Counted from the stretch's first letter, positions 13,027 through 25,513 are shown. The stretch: DNA of 64,000 nucleotides from Octopus vulgaris (GCA_951406725.2 OX597825.1:65348001-65412000); one strand, 5' to 3'. Numbers and translations: made by a program. The notes: a model not told the origin generated them from the sequence alone.

Positions 13027-13698
13027 GGCGCAATATGGCTAAGTGGTTAAGAAACATGTCTGCAATCACGTGGTTTCGGGTGTCTGTCCCACTGTGCAAA
13101 ACTGGCTAATTCTCTTCAAAAGTACCTATGGACTGACTAATGCCATGTGAGTAACTTTGGTTGAAGGAAAATGCCGTTTAGGACTCCATCGTATCTCTTA
13201 TCCGCTCAGTCGAAGTCGACTCTCGATCACTCATTGGATCAGTGTCCTCCAGTCAGTTCTATCCTGGGCCGCTTCTTTCAGATTGGCTATGTCCATCCCA
13301 GTATCACTCTTGATGGTGTCAAGCCAGCGGGTTCTTGGTCGGCCTCTTTCTCTCTTGCCACTGACCATTCCGAGCATGATGTTCTTCTCCAGGGATTTTC
13401 TCCGCATATGACCAAAATATGCCAATCTATGCTTGGTGATCCTAGCTTCTAGCGACATTTTCGGCCCTATCTGCTTAAGAACTTCTCCATTGGTGAGCCT
13501 CGCTGTCCATAGGATCCGCAAAAGTCTTCTCGAACACCAAAGCTCATATATCTATGTAATTTAGAGGTTTTGCGAAAGAGAACGACAATACGAAATCCTG
13601 GGTCGACTTGTTCGACTAAAATCCAAAAAAAACCTTCAAGGCGGTGCTCCTGCATGGCCGCAGTCTAAATGACTAAAAAAGCAAAAGAATAAAAGAAT
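13027..13698 (+). mobile_element. Old family B SINE split by a LINE insertion (head 13027-13192, tail 13547-13698)
   Basis: Head ggcgcaatatggctaagtggttaag..gtcccactgtgc. Tail ggtcgacttgttcgactaaa..ggcggtgctcctgcatggccgcagtc. Confidence 0.7.
13193..13546 (-). mobile_element. RTE/BovB-like LINE, 3' fragment
   Basis: ELWCSRRLLRILWTARLTNGEVL..RLAYFGHMRRKSLEKNIMLGMVSGKRERGRPRTRWLD..AAQDRTDWR is the canonical RTE C-terminus. Confidence 0.92.
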
Positions 13699-14280
13699 GT
13701 GTGTGTGTGTCTTTGTGTCGTTGCTTCTGTCTTTGTGTCTGTACAATTCGCTTGGTCTGTTTGGGGCGCCTGAATTAGCGGATCGTCAATAGAGTCTAAC
13801 AGAATAAATACAGGACTTTAAAATAATAAGTGCCGTCCAATGACTAAAACAAGCGAAAGATAAACAAAATGGACGATTGAAATATTACAAAAACATAAAT
13901 ATAGAAAATTTTATAGTTTTCGTGAAGTGTTCTTTTATTTAACAAAATACTAAAGTATTTGGCTGAGTCATGTTATATTTCTGCCAATTAATAAGCAATG
14001 TTGTCACCAAAGAACACTGTCGATAGAAACTCGAAGAATCTATTATCGTCATTATACGTCATAACGCCAAACACATAATCTTTCTTTTTCTTTTTTTTTT
14101 TTTTGTTTTCGTAATGAAATAATTATTCATTATAATATTATAGAAATATCAAAAGAATTTTGTGTGAGTGATACTGCAAGAATAATGGAATGAAAATGGT
14201 TAATTTTAATGTATATACGTCATTAGACACACAGCCACACTAACGCTCCCCTGTGTATTTGTTTGTGCATACATATATGC

Positions 14281-14322
<42 letters not shown>

Positions 14323-15096
14323 TTATATATATATACATATATTTATGTGTGTGTGTTTATATATGTATATATGTATGTATATATATATATATACATATAT
14401 ATACATATATATACACAAACACGTAAGCTCTGACACATAGACTCATATATATATATATGTAGTGTTTATATACTTATATATAAAGAGAGAGCGAGTGAGT
14501 GGGTGCAAGAGAGTGAAAGAGGGAGAGAGTGAAAGAGAGAAAGAGAGAGAGTGAGAGACATCTATAGCAAGAATTAATACCTGAAATCGTGTTGAAATCA
14601 ATTTTAGAAGATATAGTATTAAAGATTATAAACGCACGCACGTACACGCGCAAACACAGACAGAAACATACACACACACACACGCAAACAAAAATATTCA
14701 CATACATACAAACACACACGCACGCACGCAAATGTGTTGTATGTTGGCGACTATAAAACGAAAGGAAAAGTATGCTGCCTCATCAGCCTCCACGCTTACC
14801 CTTGAGACGTAACATAAGGAGAAAAACACACCAGAAAATTAGTTGATGAATTTCATTTATTTGAAAATCTAAACCCATTTATGAGGTCAGAGGAATAAAG
14901 CGACAAGAACTTTCAGGGAAAACAAAAGTATAACAAAAATCATAGACAATAAAGATTGAGTGCGTTCATACGCTTTAGTAATATGACTCCTCCAGAAAAT
15001 ACCAATACGTACACATACACACACACACGCACAAATGTGTGTGTGTGTGAGTGTGTGTGTGTTTTATAATTTAGAACAAAGAGTAAAAGGTTGCCA

Positions 15097-16015
15097 TTAT
15101 ATTATTTGCAGTTTCTAATGTCGGAGTTTCTAATATTACATTGGCTGATAATATGTATTTCTTTACTACCCACAAGGGGCTAAACATAGAGAGGACAAAC
15201 AAAGACAGACAAACGATTAAGTCGATTACATCGACTCCAGTGCATAACTGGTACTTAATTTATCGACCCCGAAAGGATGAAAGGCAAAGTCAACCTCGGC
15301 GGAATTTGAACTCATAACGTAGCGGCAGACGAAGTACAGCTACGCATTTCGCCCGGCGTGCTAACGTTTCTGCCAGCTCGCCGCCTGATAATATGCCATA
15401 CGGTTTCACCCTTTTGTTCACAGATTCTGCACTTATCACTTTCTGATGTGTTGTCTATTCTGTATTTTATGTAGTTTGTTTTTAGTGCTTGCTCTTGGGT
15501 AGCACAGATTAGGGCCTCCGTTTCCGGTTTGAAATCACTTTTAGTCATCCACAGCCATCTTTTCTCTCTATCTTTCTTATCATCAACACCCCTATGAAAT
15601 TGATCATGCATTCTTTTCTTTACCCACCTATTTTCAGTTTCATTTGTTTTCAATTTCTTGTATAGTGCTTTATCTTTGCAATCTTTCATCTTACACAAGC
15701 CTGACCTTCATACTTCTAATAATAGCTGTTCCGTGGTATTTTTTACATACCATGCTATGTTGTTTTCTTCTGCTCTAATGTTGTGTTCGCATCCAATAAG
15801 TCCTCTTACTTCCCTTTTTCTTGGTACATGCAGTCTGTCTGTGTAAATTTTTGGGTGGAGTGACCCATATCTAGTTAGCAACTTCCTTGTCTTTCTGTCT
15901 AAGCCGTTTAGTTTATCTACTGTCCTTGCGATTACCCCTGCTCCATACCTAAGGAGTGAAACCGCCCAGGTGTTGATAGCTTCGATCTTATTCCTTCCGT
16001 TTAAATTAAGTCGAA
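15097..16015 (-). mobile_element. R4/Dong-clade non-LTR retrotransposon fragment (post-RT region plus CCHC finger), interrupted by a SINE
   Basis: LNGRNKIEAINTWAVSLLRYGAG..LDRKTRKLLT..LHPK..DRLHVPRK..RGLIG and ETEALICATQEQALKTNYIK..DKCRIC..GETVWHII(SQC). ATT/TAA repeats lie at both ends. Confidence 0.85.
15156..15384 (-). mobile_element. Family C SINE, young full-length copy with 11-bp TSD
   Basis: TSD ctgataatatg at 15145-15155 and 15385-15395. Core gtcaacctcggcggaatttgaactc. Confidence 0.95.
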
Positions 16016-16060
16016 ATTATTATTATTATTATTATTATCGTTATTATTATTATTATTATT
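16016..16060. repeat. (ATT)n microsatellite
   Basis: Directly visible. Abuts the R4/Dong fragment. Confidence 0.9.
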
Positions 16061-16220
16061 AAAAATATAACTCAAAAGCTGAGTATATGTATGTTTTTAT
16101 TAATATTTAGCAGAAGAAAAGGAGTGACTCGAGATCCGGGAGTTTTGTGTTTGGACCTTGAACCACTGTTACTTCTGCTAAATATTAAGCATAGTGTGTG
16201 TGTGTGTGTGTGTGTGTATT

Positions 16221-16561
16221 CTTAACAAGTTATTATGTGGCGAGTTGGCTCGGGGTAGCAGACCCAGGGGACAACCAAAGCTGAGATTTAAGGACATTTG
16301 TAAGAGCAGCCTAACTAAATGCCACATCGATGTAAAATCTTGGAGAAAGTTAGCTAAAGACAGAACGGCATAGAAAACATCAGTGAACAAAGGAGACGAA
16401 CAGCTCGAGGAAGAAAAAAACCTGGCCCCCGAAGCAAAGCGCCAATAAAGAATATCAACATAATCCAGCCCTGCAGCACCTTCCTTGCTTGCATATTTTG
16501 CAGCAGAGCTTGCTCATCAAACGTAGGAAAGACTAGCCATGTGAGAAGCTACAGCTCGTAA
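16221..16561 (+). mobile_element. RTE-clade LINE 3' fragment, pseudogenised, with terminal zinc-finger remnant
   Basis: NKLLCGELARGSRPRGQPKLRFKDICKSSLTKCHIDVKSWRKLAKDRTA*K, then after a frameshift CIFCSRACSSNVGKTSHVRS. In-frame stops are present. Confidence 0.85.
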
Positions 16562-16587
16562 AGTACCATAAATATATATGTATATAT

Positions 16588-16734
16588 TATAAGCTTAAAG
16601 CTTATAAGCGATCACCGTGCATTGACTGAAGTAAATAGTCTAATACTGGGGCATATAAGCCTTCGACGGAAACAAAGTAGGGTTTGCCGTACGCATAGGA
16701 CTCGAACTTACGCCCCTATATATTCGCGACAAGC

Positions 16735-16737
<3 letters not shown>
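16588..16737 (-). mobile_element. Additional short tRNA-like SINE fragment
   Basis: Minus strand has B box GTTCGAGTCC. 16588-16648 matches 32371-32430 (aagcttaaa..tataagcg..accgtg.attg..aaatagtctaatact). Confidence 0.5.
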
Positions 16738-16780
<43 letters not shown>

Positions 16781-16802
16781 GATATATATATATATATGAT
16801 AC

Positions 16803-16973
16803 ATCGCTAGCAACTACACACATTTTTCTCTCCTTGTTTCTTTCTGTGCTCCCTTCTGTGAAAGAGCGTAGGCTCGAAACGTTAAAGACTTTTTTAAAAT
16901 CCCGAGCGTTACACAAATACGTCTGTTTGATTTCTACACCACCTGCCTTCGTCTTTTGTTTTTTGTGAATTCT

Positions 16974-16980
<7 letters not shown>
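16803..16980 (+). mobile_element. Short PLE-like element with variant hammerhead-like motif
   Basis: Homologous to 20030-20219 (minus) and 17926-18025. Motif CTGTG(G/A)A-A-GAGC-gtag-GCTC-GAAAC-GTT-aaag. Ends in (TA)n. Confidence 0.65.
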
Positions 16981-17037
<57 letters not shown>

Positions 17038-17069
17038 GATACATATAGATACACGCACACACACACATA

Positions 17070-17600
17070 CTTCAAACTAGCAGTACTGACCTGTGGTAGA
17101 GACAAAAGGCACCACTCCTTCTCCCTCCTTCCTTCTTCCACAACCTTCACACTACTAGCCCTACAAGACACACATACACGCACACACGCACACACACACA
17201 CACGTGTCATCATTGCACACATACACACATACACACACACGCACACGCAGACCACGGCGCACGCACATATCCACACTTACACATACATTCCTCCTCCTCC
17301 TCTACCATTCTCCTGTCTTTGACAGAACTACTCTCCTGTCTTTGAAAACACCTTTCTTCACCCATTTCCTCCCGGTCTTTCAAAATGTGACCTCGTGTGT
17401 ACCGTTGCCGACATTTTTTCCTCTGTCTTCCCTTCTCTGGATCTTTCCTTCTCCTATGTTTCCGACGAAGAGCTCCGCTCGAAACGTTAGACCCTCCTTC
17501 TTTCCTTCTTTCCTGAGCGTCCAATAATATAATATTTGTTCCACGTCCTCGCGTTGTTGTGTTTTTTTTTGTGTTTTCTTGTTTGAATTAACTTTATATA
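17070..17600 (+). mobile_element. Penelope-like terminal repeat (pLTR) fragment with hammerhead-like motif at 17458-17492
   Basis: Pyrimidine-rich body, then gttt-CCGACGA-A-GAGC-tcc-GCTC-GAAAC-GTT-agac. The T-rich end runs into (TA)n. Confidence 0.6.
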
Positions 17601-17865
17601 TACATATATATATATATACACTCACACACATACACACACACACATGGTGGCTGTCCTCTCGTTACCCAGGAAGACCAACACAGAGCACTAAGAACACTGT
17701 GAACTCAGGCTAAATTGCACTAATAAATCCAGCTCTTGATAGATATACATGCACGTACGTTGATGTTGCAGATGAAGCTTTCGCCATTCACTACACGGGC
17801 GGTGCGTTTACGAGCAGCTCGCTCGCTGAAATTCAACTGGCAAAATACGTGTTTCTTCAAAAAAT

Positions 17866-18025
17866 GCCCTCTTTCTTTAACACTTTAGCTCATATTACTC
17901 CTGTGCATTGTATCGACCTACAATTCGCCATGATAGATCGGTAGTCACTACACACATTTTTTTCTCTCCTTGTTTCTTTCTGTGTTCCTTTCTGTGGAAG
18001 AGAGTAGGCTCGAAACTTTAAAGAC
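17866..18025. repeat. Inverted duplicate of 20121-20279
   Basis: 160 nt with 4 differences counted by eye (one T-run length, three substitutions). Confidence 0.95.
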
Positions 18026-18032
18026 GTTAAAG

Positions 18033-18392
18033 CTGTAATACATCGCTGGTAACAATGGACTTTTAATTCTTTCTTTTCTTGAAGGCGGACTCTGTCTGAT
18101 CTTAGCCGAATACTTTGTCTAAATCATTTTCCAGCGTCGTGGAACCCTTCCGTGCGGCGTTTTCAGATCTCATGCATACCACTCGAAACCTGCATGGGCC
18201 ACCTTTTGCCAGGGAAACTTGGTGTGCGGCAGTGGCTGTGTGGTAAGTAGCTAGCTTACGAACCACATGGTTTTGGGTTCAGTCCCACTGCGTGGCACCT
18301 TGGGCAAGTGTCTTCTACTATAGCCGCGGGCCGATCAAAGCCTTGTAAGTGGATTTGGTAGACGGAAACTGAAAAAGCCCGTCGTATATATG

Positions 18393-18473
<81 letters not shown>

Positions 18474-18850
18474 TTGTGTGTCTGTGTTTGTACCCCCAGC
18501 ATCGTTTGACAAACGATGCTGGTGTGTTTACGTCCCCGTATTCTAGCGGTTCGGCAAAAGAGACCAATAGAATAAGTACTAGGCTTAAAAAGAATAAGTC
18601 CCCGGGGGCAATTTGCTCGACTAACTAAAGGCAGTGCTCCAGCATGGCCGCAGTCAAATGACTGAAACAAGTAAAAGAGTAAAAAGAGTATATGTCCGGC
18701 CCAGCCGGAGTTGCGCTTTCGCTATTTTGCAACAATGCCGTTCACCCTGCTGCGTTCTCGAATGAGCTTCTCCTGTTACCTCATTTCGAGTGTGATTTCA
18801 CAATGATATTCCGAGCATGGGTCTTTGCGTCTTGTGCCGCATACGATCAA
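18033..18850 (-). pseudogene. Highly degraded mariner-like transposase remnant flanking a SINE
   Basis: The minus strand gives frameshifted ARxVPRR (cf. WVPxxL) and SIVTSD (cf. IVTGDE). Weak. Confidence 0.3.
18229..18690 (+). mobile_element. Family B SINE, full length, with expanded internal (TG)n
   Basis: agtggctgtgtggtaagtagc...gtcaaatgactgaaacaagtaaaagagtaaaaagag. Confidence 0.92.
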
Positions 18851-19079
18851 TTTACTTCCCTCTTTCTATGAGTGTACTTTCATTTTACTAAAAGTTTTCA
18901 CGAATACACACTTCGTCAGACGTGTCTGCAAATCTAGCGAAGAATTAGACTCTTTCAAACTTAATAATATATCCTATTGATTAAATTGAATTATTCTTTC
19001 CCTTCGTTTATCACTAATAAAGTAAATATGTCAGTATATTTATGTATATGCACAGGCACACTGGCTCATATAAGTACAT

Positions 19080-19222
19080 ATATATATGTGTGTGTGTGTG
19101 TGTGTTTGTGTGTGTGTGTTTGCGTGTGCGTGTTTGCGTGTGCGTGTTTGTGTTTGCGTGTTTGTGTGTGTGTGAGTGTATGTATATATATGTGTGTTAA
19201 TATATGTGTATATATATGTATG

Positions 19223-19298
<76 letters not shown>
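19080..19298. repeat. (TG)n/(TA)n microsatellite
   Basis: Directly visible. Confidence 0.9.
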
Positions 19299-19306
<8 letters not shown>

Positions 19307-19460
19307 CACTTGTATTATATACATAATTTTAATTGATATAGTCCTCATATATCATGAATCATCACCACTCGCAATTACTCAGGCATATTCCAGCAATCAA
19401 TTCGTGATTGACATTTTTCTATATTAGACGTATGCTTATATTAAATGTTTGTCTTTATGA

Positions 19461-19492
<32 letters not shown>

Positions 19493-19880
19493 GTTATGCA
19501 ATAGAACCAACTCTAGATCTTAATCTATATAACATATTCAACATATGTGTACATCTGAAAAGCCAAATGCAGCAGCTTATCACCCGGAAAAATCATTTCA
19601 TAAATGTAGCGTTGAAAACGAAAATACACTTCAGAGCTTGGCGAGAGCGAGAGATGTGCATTTCGTCGTAGTTGTGCCTTGTCAATATCACTCACTCGTA
19701 GCATTTCGGAAACTAGATCGAATCGGCAACTGAGAAGAGTATAGAGAGACTATATAAACAATACATTCGCTTGCAGTGACACCGAAAGGCCATATAAAGT
19801 ATACAATTGAAACAACTTTTGAGTTAAACGTTATCTATATACGATACATTATGTGCATTGCTGGAAAGCTAAATGATTCA

Positions 19881-19927
<47 letters not shown>

Positions 19928-20029
19928 TGTTTGTGTTTGTTTGTGTGTGTGAATTTTCTGTGTGCTAGTGCATATATGTGTGCTATGTGTATATGTGTAT
20001 ATGTGTATATATCTATGTGTACTAGTGTA

Positions 20030-20219
20030 TATGGGGAGAATTCACTAAAAAACAAAAGACGAAGACAGGTGGTGTAGAAAACAAACAGATGTATTAGTAT
20101 AATGCTCGGGAATTGAGAAAGTCTTTAACGTTTCCAGCCTACGCTCTTCCACAGAAAGGAACACAGAAAGAAACAAGGAGAGAAAAAATGTGTGTAGTGA
20201 CTACCGATCTATCATGGCG
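20030..20219 (-). mobile_element. Short PLE-like element (same family as 16803-16980)
   Basis: The reverse complement aligns over the full length with 16803-16980. Confidence 0.7.
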
Positions 20220-20585
20220 AATTGTAGGTCGATACAATGCACAGGAGTAATATGAGCTAAAGTGTTAAAGAAAGAGGGCTTAAACAAATCAATGCTATAT
20301 TAATTTAGACAAAAAAAAAACTCGCGGGAAAAACCGCTGAGAAAGTTGACTGAAAGAATGCGAACAATTAAGATAAACAGACCACATGTAAGGAACAGAA
20401 GGAAATCTATAGTTTGGGTTAAATCCTTTATCATAGGGAAGTGAAAGTTAATAAAATGAGATGAAAAATAGGTAAACATTTCTAAATTTACGGTGCATGT
20501 TTACATTGCAAGGTTAGTGTAAAAAGGAAGTTGGAAAGTTTATTAGTTGGTCATGTATATATAGGTGGATGCATATGTTATATTT

Positions 20586-20970
<385 letters not shown>

Positions 20971-22080
20971 GACCTGATATTGTATATACCTGTGTGTCTG
21001 TGTACATTTAAATGTGCATATCTTTGTATATGTATTTTTTTTCTACGGCTGTGAATTTAAATAATTAGTTTTAAGTTAAAGCACTCCAGTAGATCGTCGG
21101 TGTGCCAACGTGCACTTACACACACGTACACAAACACATACACACACTCGCACAATATGTGGCTATATTCTATATGTGCATGTATTATATATGCGTGTGT
21201 GAGCATATACATACATACACACACACACACACACATACACACACACACACATACACATATATATATGAAGATATATTCATAAAGGCATATACATTTAAAG
21301 ATATATATCTATATATACATATTTGCGTGCTTGTGATTGCTTACGTACGCATGTCTACGTATCTGTTTACGTGTGTGTGTGTGTGTATGTGTGTATCTAT
21401 GTATGTGTGTGTGTGTGTGTGTGAGTGTTTGTGTCTGTGCGGTCGTTATAGTCATAAGGCATTACAGTTTTTGTTGTTATGCATTTTTTTTATAACTTCA
21501 CCTTCCTTGACTGCCTAAATATATTTAAAAGCTTACAAGAAAAACATCTGTTCTTATGTAAATACATCAGGCGATGAAACTATGAGAAAGCTAAACATTT
21601 CGAGTGAAATATTTCCTCACAGTCAAGCATGCAGTGACTGACAATGTTTGGATAGGTAAAAGACAATTTTCTAATTATGTGAAACTCTATAAGCAAACTG
21701 TACTAAAAATTTTTAGGTGCAAAGTAAGGCTCTATTACCTGTAGAAATGGAGGAGATAGTGTAGCGCCTCATATATTCTTTAAACTTTCATACAATACTT
21801 GCATATTTGTGAGTGTGCGTGTGTGTGGATGTATGTACCTATATAAACGTTATATATAAATAGATATATACGTACATCAAGAGTTTTCTCCCTTTCTACT
21901 TTTGAAAACATTTTCTATTGACACTAAAGACTGTTTTCATACCAGTTACACAGTTACATTTTCAAAAGATTTAAGATTCACTTTTGGTGGAAGGCGTTAG
22001 ATGCGGTCGCGCTCAACCTTGAATGATATAGAAATGTATACATGTTTATATACACCCTCATACATGTTAGTGATGTATAT

Positions 22081-22122
<42 letters not shown>

Positions 22123-22204
22123 GTGTGTGTGTGTGTGCGTGTCTGTGTCTGTGTTCGTGTAATTCTTTTCGGGAACAGTGGATCTTAAAATACAAAGTCT
22201 GTAC

Positions 22205-22337
22205 AAATCCATTCAGAAGTCTTCTATCAGGCCTAAGTAGAAGACATTTGCCGGCAGTGCCAAGCCGTGGGACCGAACCCAAAGATCCATATGGTTGAAA
22301 AGCAAATTATTTAACACACATCAACGGCCGTGCCTAT
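22205..22337 (-). mobile_element. Degenerate family B SINE head
   Basis: agtagaagacatttgcc...gtgggaccgaaccc...atggttgaaaagc. Confidence 0.55.
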
Positions 22338-22341
22338 ACAT

Positions 22342-22538
<197 letters not shown>

Positions 22539-22599
22539 AATATGGATATATTGTTAGGGTAAATCCTAGCTGCTTCTTCTTAAAGAATACCTGCTTATT

Positions 22600-22835
22600 C
22601 CATTATCAGGATCAATATGTATCCATAATTAGTGTTATATGTAAATCAAAACATATAAAGGTTGAGGATAACAGAAATATCATTTACAGAGTTGTTGAAT
22701 AACAAACGGAAAAATGGAAAATTTTGGTATTATCTATTCTCCATTACACGTGTTTCATTTGCTAATTGGAATTACAAAGATTTACATATTATATAGACAT
22801 TTAAGGGCTTTCTTATTAGAAAATTGTCAGACAAT
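22600..22835 (-). mobile_element. PLE-like short repeat with hammerhead-like motif (second copy at 51340-51575)
   Basis: Minus strand reads CTGACAA-TTTTCTAAT...ATTAGCAAAT-GAAAC-ACGT-GTA. It shares acagaaata.cattt.cagagtt and ccattacacgtgtttc.tttgctaat with the 51 kb copy. Confidence 0.6.
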
Positions 22836-23994
22836 GTACGTATGCATGTACGTGTGTATATGTGTGTGGGTATATCTTTTTGTTTGTGTTTGCTCGTCCC
22901 CCGCTACTTAACAACCGGTGTTTGGTTGTTTACGTGCATGTGATTTAGCCGTTCGGCCATGTTTCCTTTGTTGACTTTTTAGTTGAAATTTCATTGCAGC
23001 TATTTAGTTTTGGCGTTGCTTTGTAACTGATTGCTATGCTTTAAGTAGGCAGTATCAAGTATCATCTCTAACACTAATTGCTATATCGATCATCTCTAGT
23101 TGCACAAGGTTATATTCTATGATTCTATCCAAAGATATAAATGTGCAGCATGTGTCAAATATACTGTGATATAGTTTAAATTCCGAAACTAAGAATTATT
23201 TTTGCGATTCCATGAACGTTTTGCAACTTCTCATTCATCATACTTACTACGGCCACATGTAGCTTGATTACTTCCTTCATGTTTAGAATTATGTACAATT
23301 CTTCAGGAACACCCTAAACCCTTCTGAATTTTTCCATTTGAGATTACCTCTTTGTATATTGGATTGATCGCCTGCATTGACCCCAGATATTCGGTTTCTA
23401 ATTATTTTATTGCATGGTTGGTTTCATTCTCAGTGTTTATTAACGTGGTTGGTCTGCCTCGGTTAAAGGTCACCATTTTATATATGGGAGTCCGTATTTC
23501 TTATTGCTTGGAGAAATATAGAAATTTTTATAACTCTTTCTCTCTGAGCTGACGTACAGGGAACTGGCGTCCATAGAGCAAGTGGGAAATATTATAGCGG
23601 GTTCCTGCAGCGTTAATGGTTACACGTGAGGAAGAAAGATGTGGGGGTATAGAGATAGAAATGATAAATTAGTAGATGAAGAGGAAGGAAATTAAAATAC
23701 ATGTTAACGACAGTAAGAGCGGGGGGGGGGCAGAGATCAAAGTAGAATAAACGGGCAAATAAAGAAAATATGAAAATGATAAAGTTAGGCAAAAAGAGAG
23801 AGGTGGGGGACGAAAATTGATGAAAACAATGAAGAGGAAGAAATTATTGGAAATAGTTAAAGGGAAATAAGAGAAAATGAAATAGTGGAAAAGGATTAGT
23901 AAGTAAGAGGGGAACCTAGATAAACATATCGAAAGGATAGAATAAAGTAGGGAGTGAGAGAGGGAAGGAGCGAGTGATACATAGACATATATGG

Positions 23995-24036
23995 ATGGAT
24001 AGATAGACATGCAAACAGACAGACAGACAGACAGAC

Positions 24037-24094
<58 letters not shown>

Positions 24095-24387
24095 GTAGGT
24101 AGGTAGGTAGGTAGGTAGGTAGATATGTTTCTTTATTAGCCACACAGGGCTGCACACAGACAGGACAAAATTACAAGGTAGAGCTTTTCTTTTGGGGGTA
24201 AAAGAAGGGGGTTTGGTTTTCGATCAAAAGGGATCGTAAATGGAAAGAAAGAGGACAAAAAAAGGAGGGGGATAAAATAAAATAAAAAAATAAAATAAAA
24301 ATAAATTTTAAAAAGGGGGGGAGGGAAAAAAGGGAAGGAAAAAAATTGGATCAATAGGTAGATAGGTAGATAGATAGATAGATAGAC

Positions 24388-24468
<81 letters not shown>
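23995..24468. repeat. (GATA)n array split by an insertion
   Basis: GATA/GGTA/GACA tracts at 23995-24123 and 24355-24468. Confidence 0.9.
24124..24354 (-). mobile_element. 3' UTR end of a non-LTR retrotransposon inserted in (GATA)n
   Basis: The minus strand ends gtcctgtctgtgtgcagccctgtgtggctaataaagaaacata and runs straight into the repeat. This is similar to the family C tail gtcccctctatgtttagccccttgtgggtaataaagaaata. Confidence 0.55.
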
Positions 24469-24469
<1 letters not shown>

Positions 24470-25465
24470 GGCATGTAAGTGTATGTTTATGAAAGGTAAG
24501 ATAAAAACGAAAAGATGTTCATGAAACAGAGAGAGTGGGGGAGAGAGAGAGAGATAAATCAACGATTTGGAAAAAAACAAAACAGAAGAGAACGTACAAG
24601 AATTAAAGAGAAGATATAAAAAGCAGTGGAAACTGAAAAGACAGACAGGCAGGCAGGCGAGCAGGCTGGCAGGCAGGCGAGCAGGCTGGCAGGCAATCAG
24701 ACAGACAATGGGAGAGAAATGCATGGAGATAGAGAATTGGAAAAGATCGGGGAGGGAGATAATGAGTTCAAAGACAAATTGAAAGAGAGAAATCCAGATG
24801 AAAAGATAGAACAGCTAAAAATTACGAAACGGTGTAAACGTAAAGGTTTGCTATGCTGAGACATCTTGTCTCCAATAAGTTAGATAAACAGGAGAGATGT
24901 ACGGAGAAAACGTTAAACATACGATACCAACGATTAATGAAACGTCAGAAGGAAATTTATCTAACATATATGTATATATATATATATACAAGAGCGTCTA
25001 TGTGTATGTGCGGTGGGGATGTTGCTTTCACCTGCTGGTATTATAGAGTAGACCCGCTTTAGTCTACATGTTCTATATTGTCTCGAAAATTAGATGAACT
25101 AATGTTTTTTGAGTTACTTACTGATCGTGATATTTCTAATTCTAAAGACATCTAAGGGAAGATTTTGCTTATTAATTAGCCACATAGATTAACTCATTGT
25201 ATCAGAGTTTTTAAACTCACCATACCTTGTACGATATATAGATATATATTCTTTGTAACCGGTAAAGTTAAAAAAGTGGCTCAGGGCCCAAAAGTTTCGT
25301 GCATAGGCACTTATAATCTCATGCTTTCAACTCTGGACAACGTTGTTTGTATTACTAAATTTATATGTGTATATGTGCATATATATGGGTATATATGTGT
25401 ATGTATATATATATATATATATGTATATGTGTGTGTAAATATCTATATATATACATATATATAAG

Positions 25466-25513
<48 letters not shown>

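Noticed and set aside
22960-23640. Possible decayed LINE coding sequence
   Set aside because: The frames examined were stop-ridden and no convincing motif could be recovered by eye.
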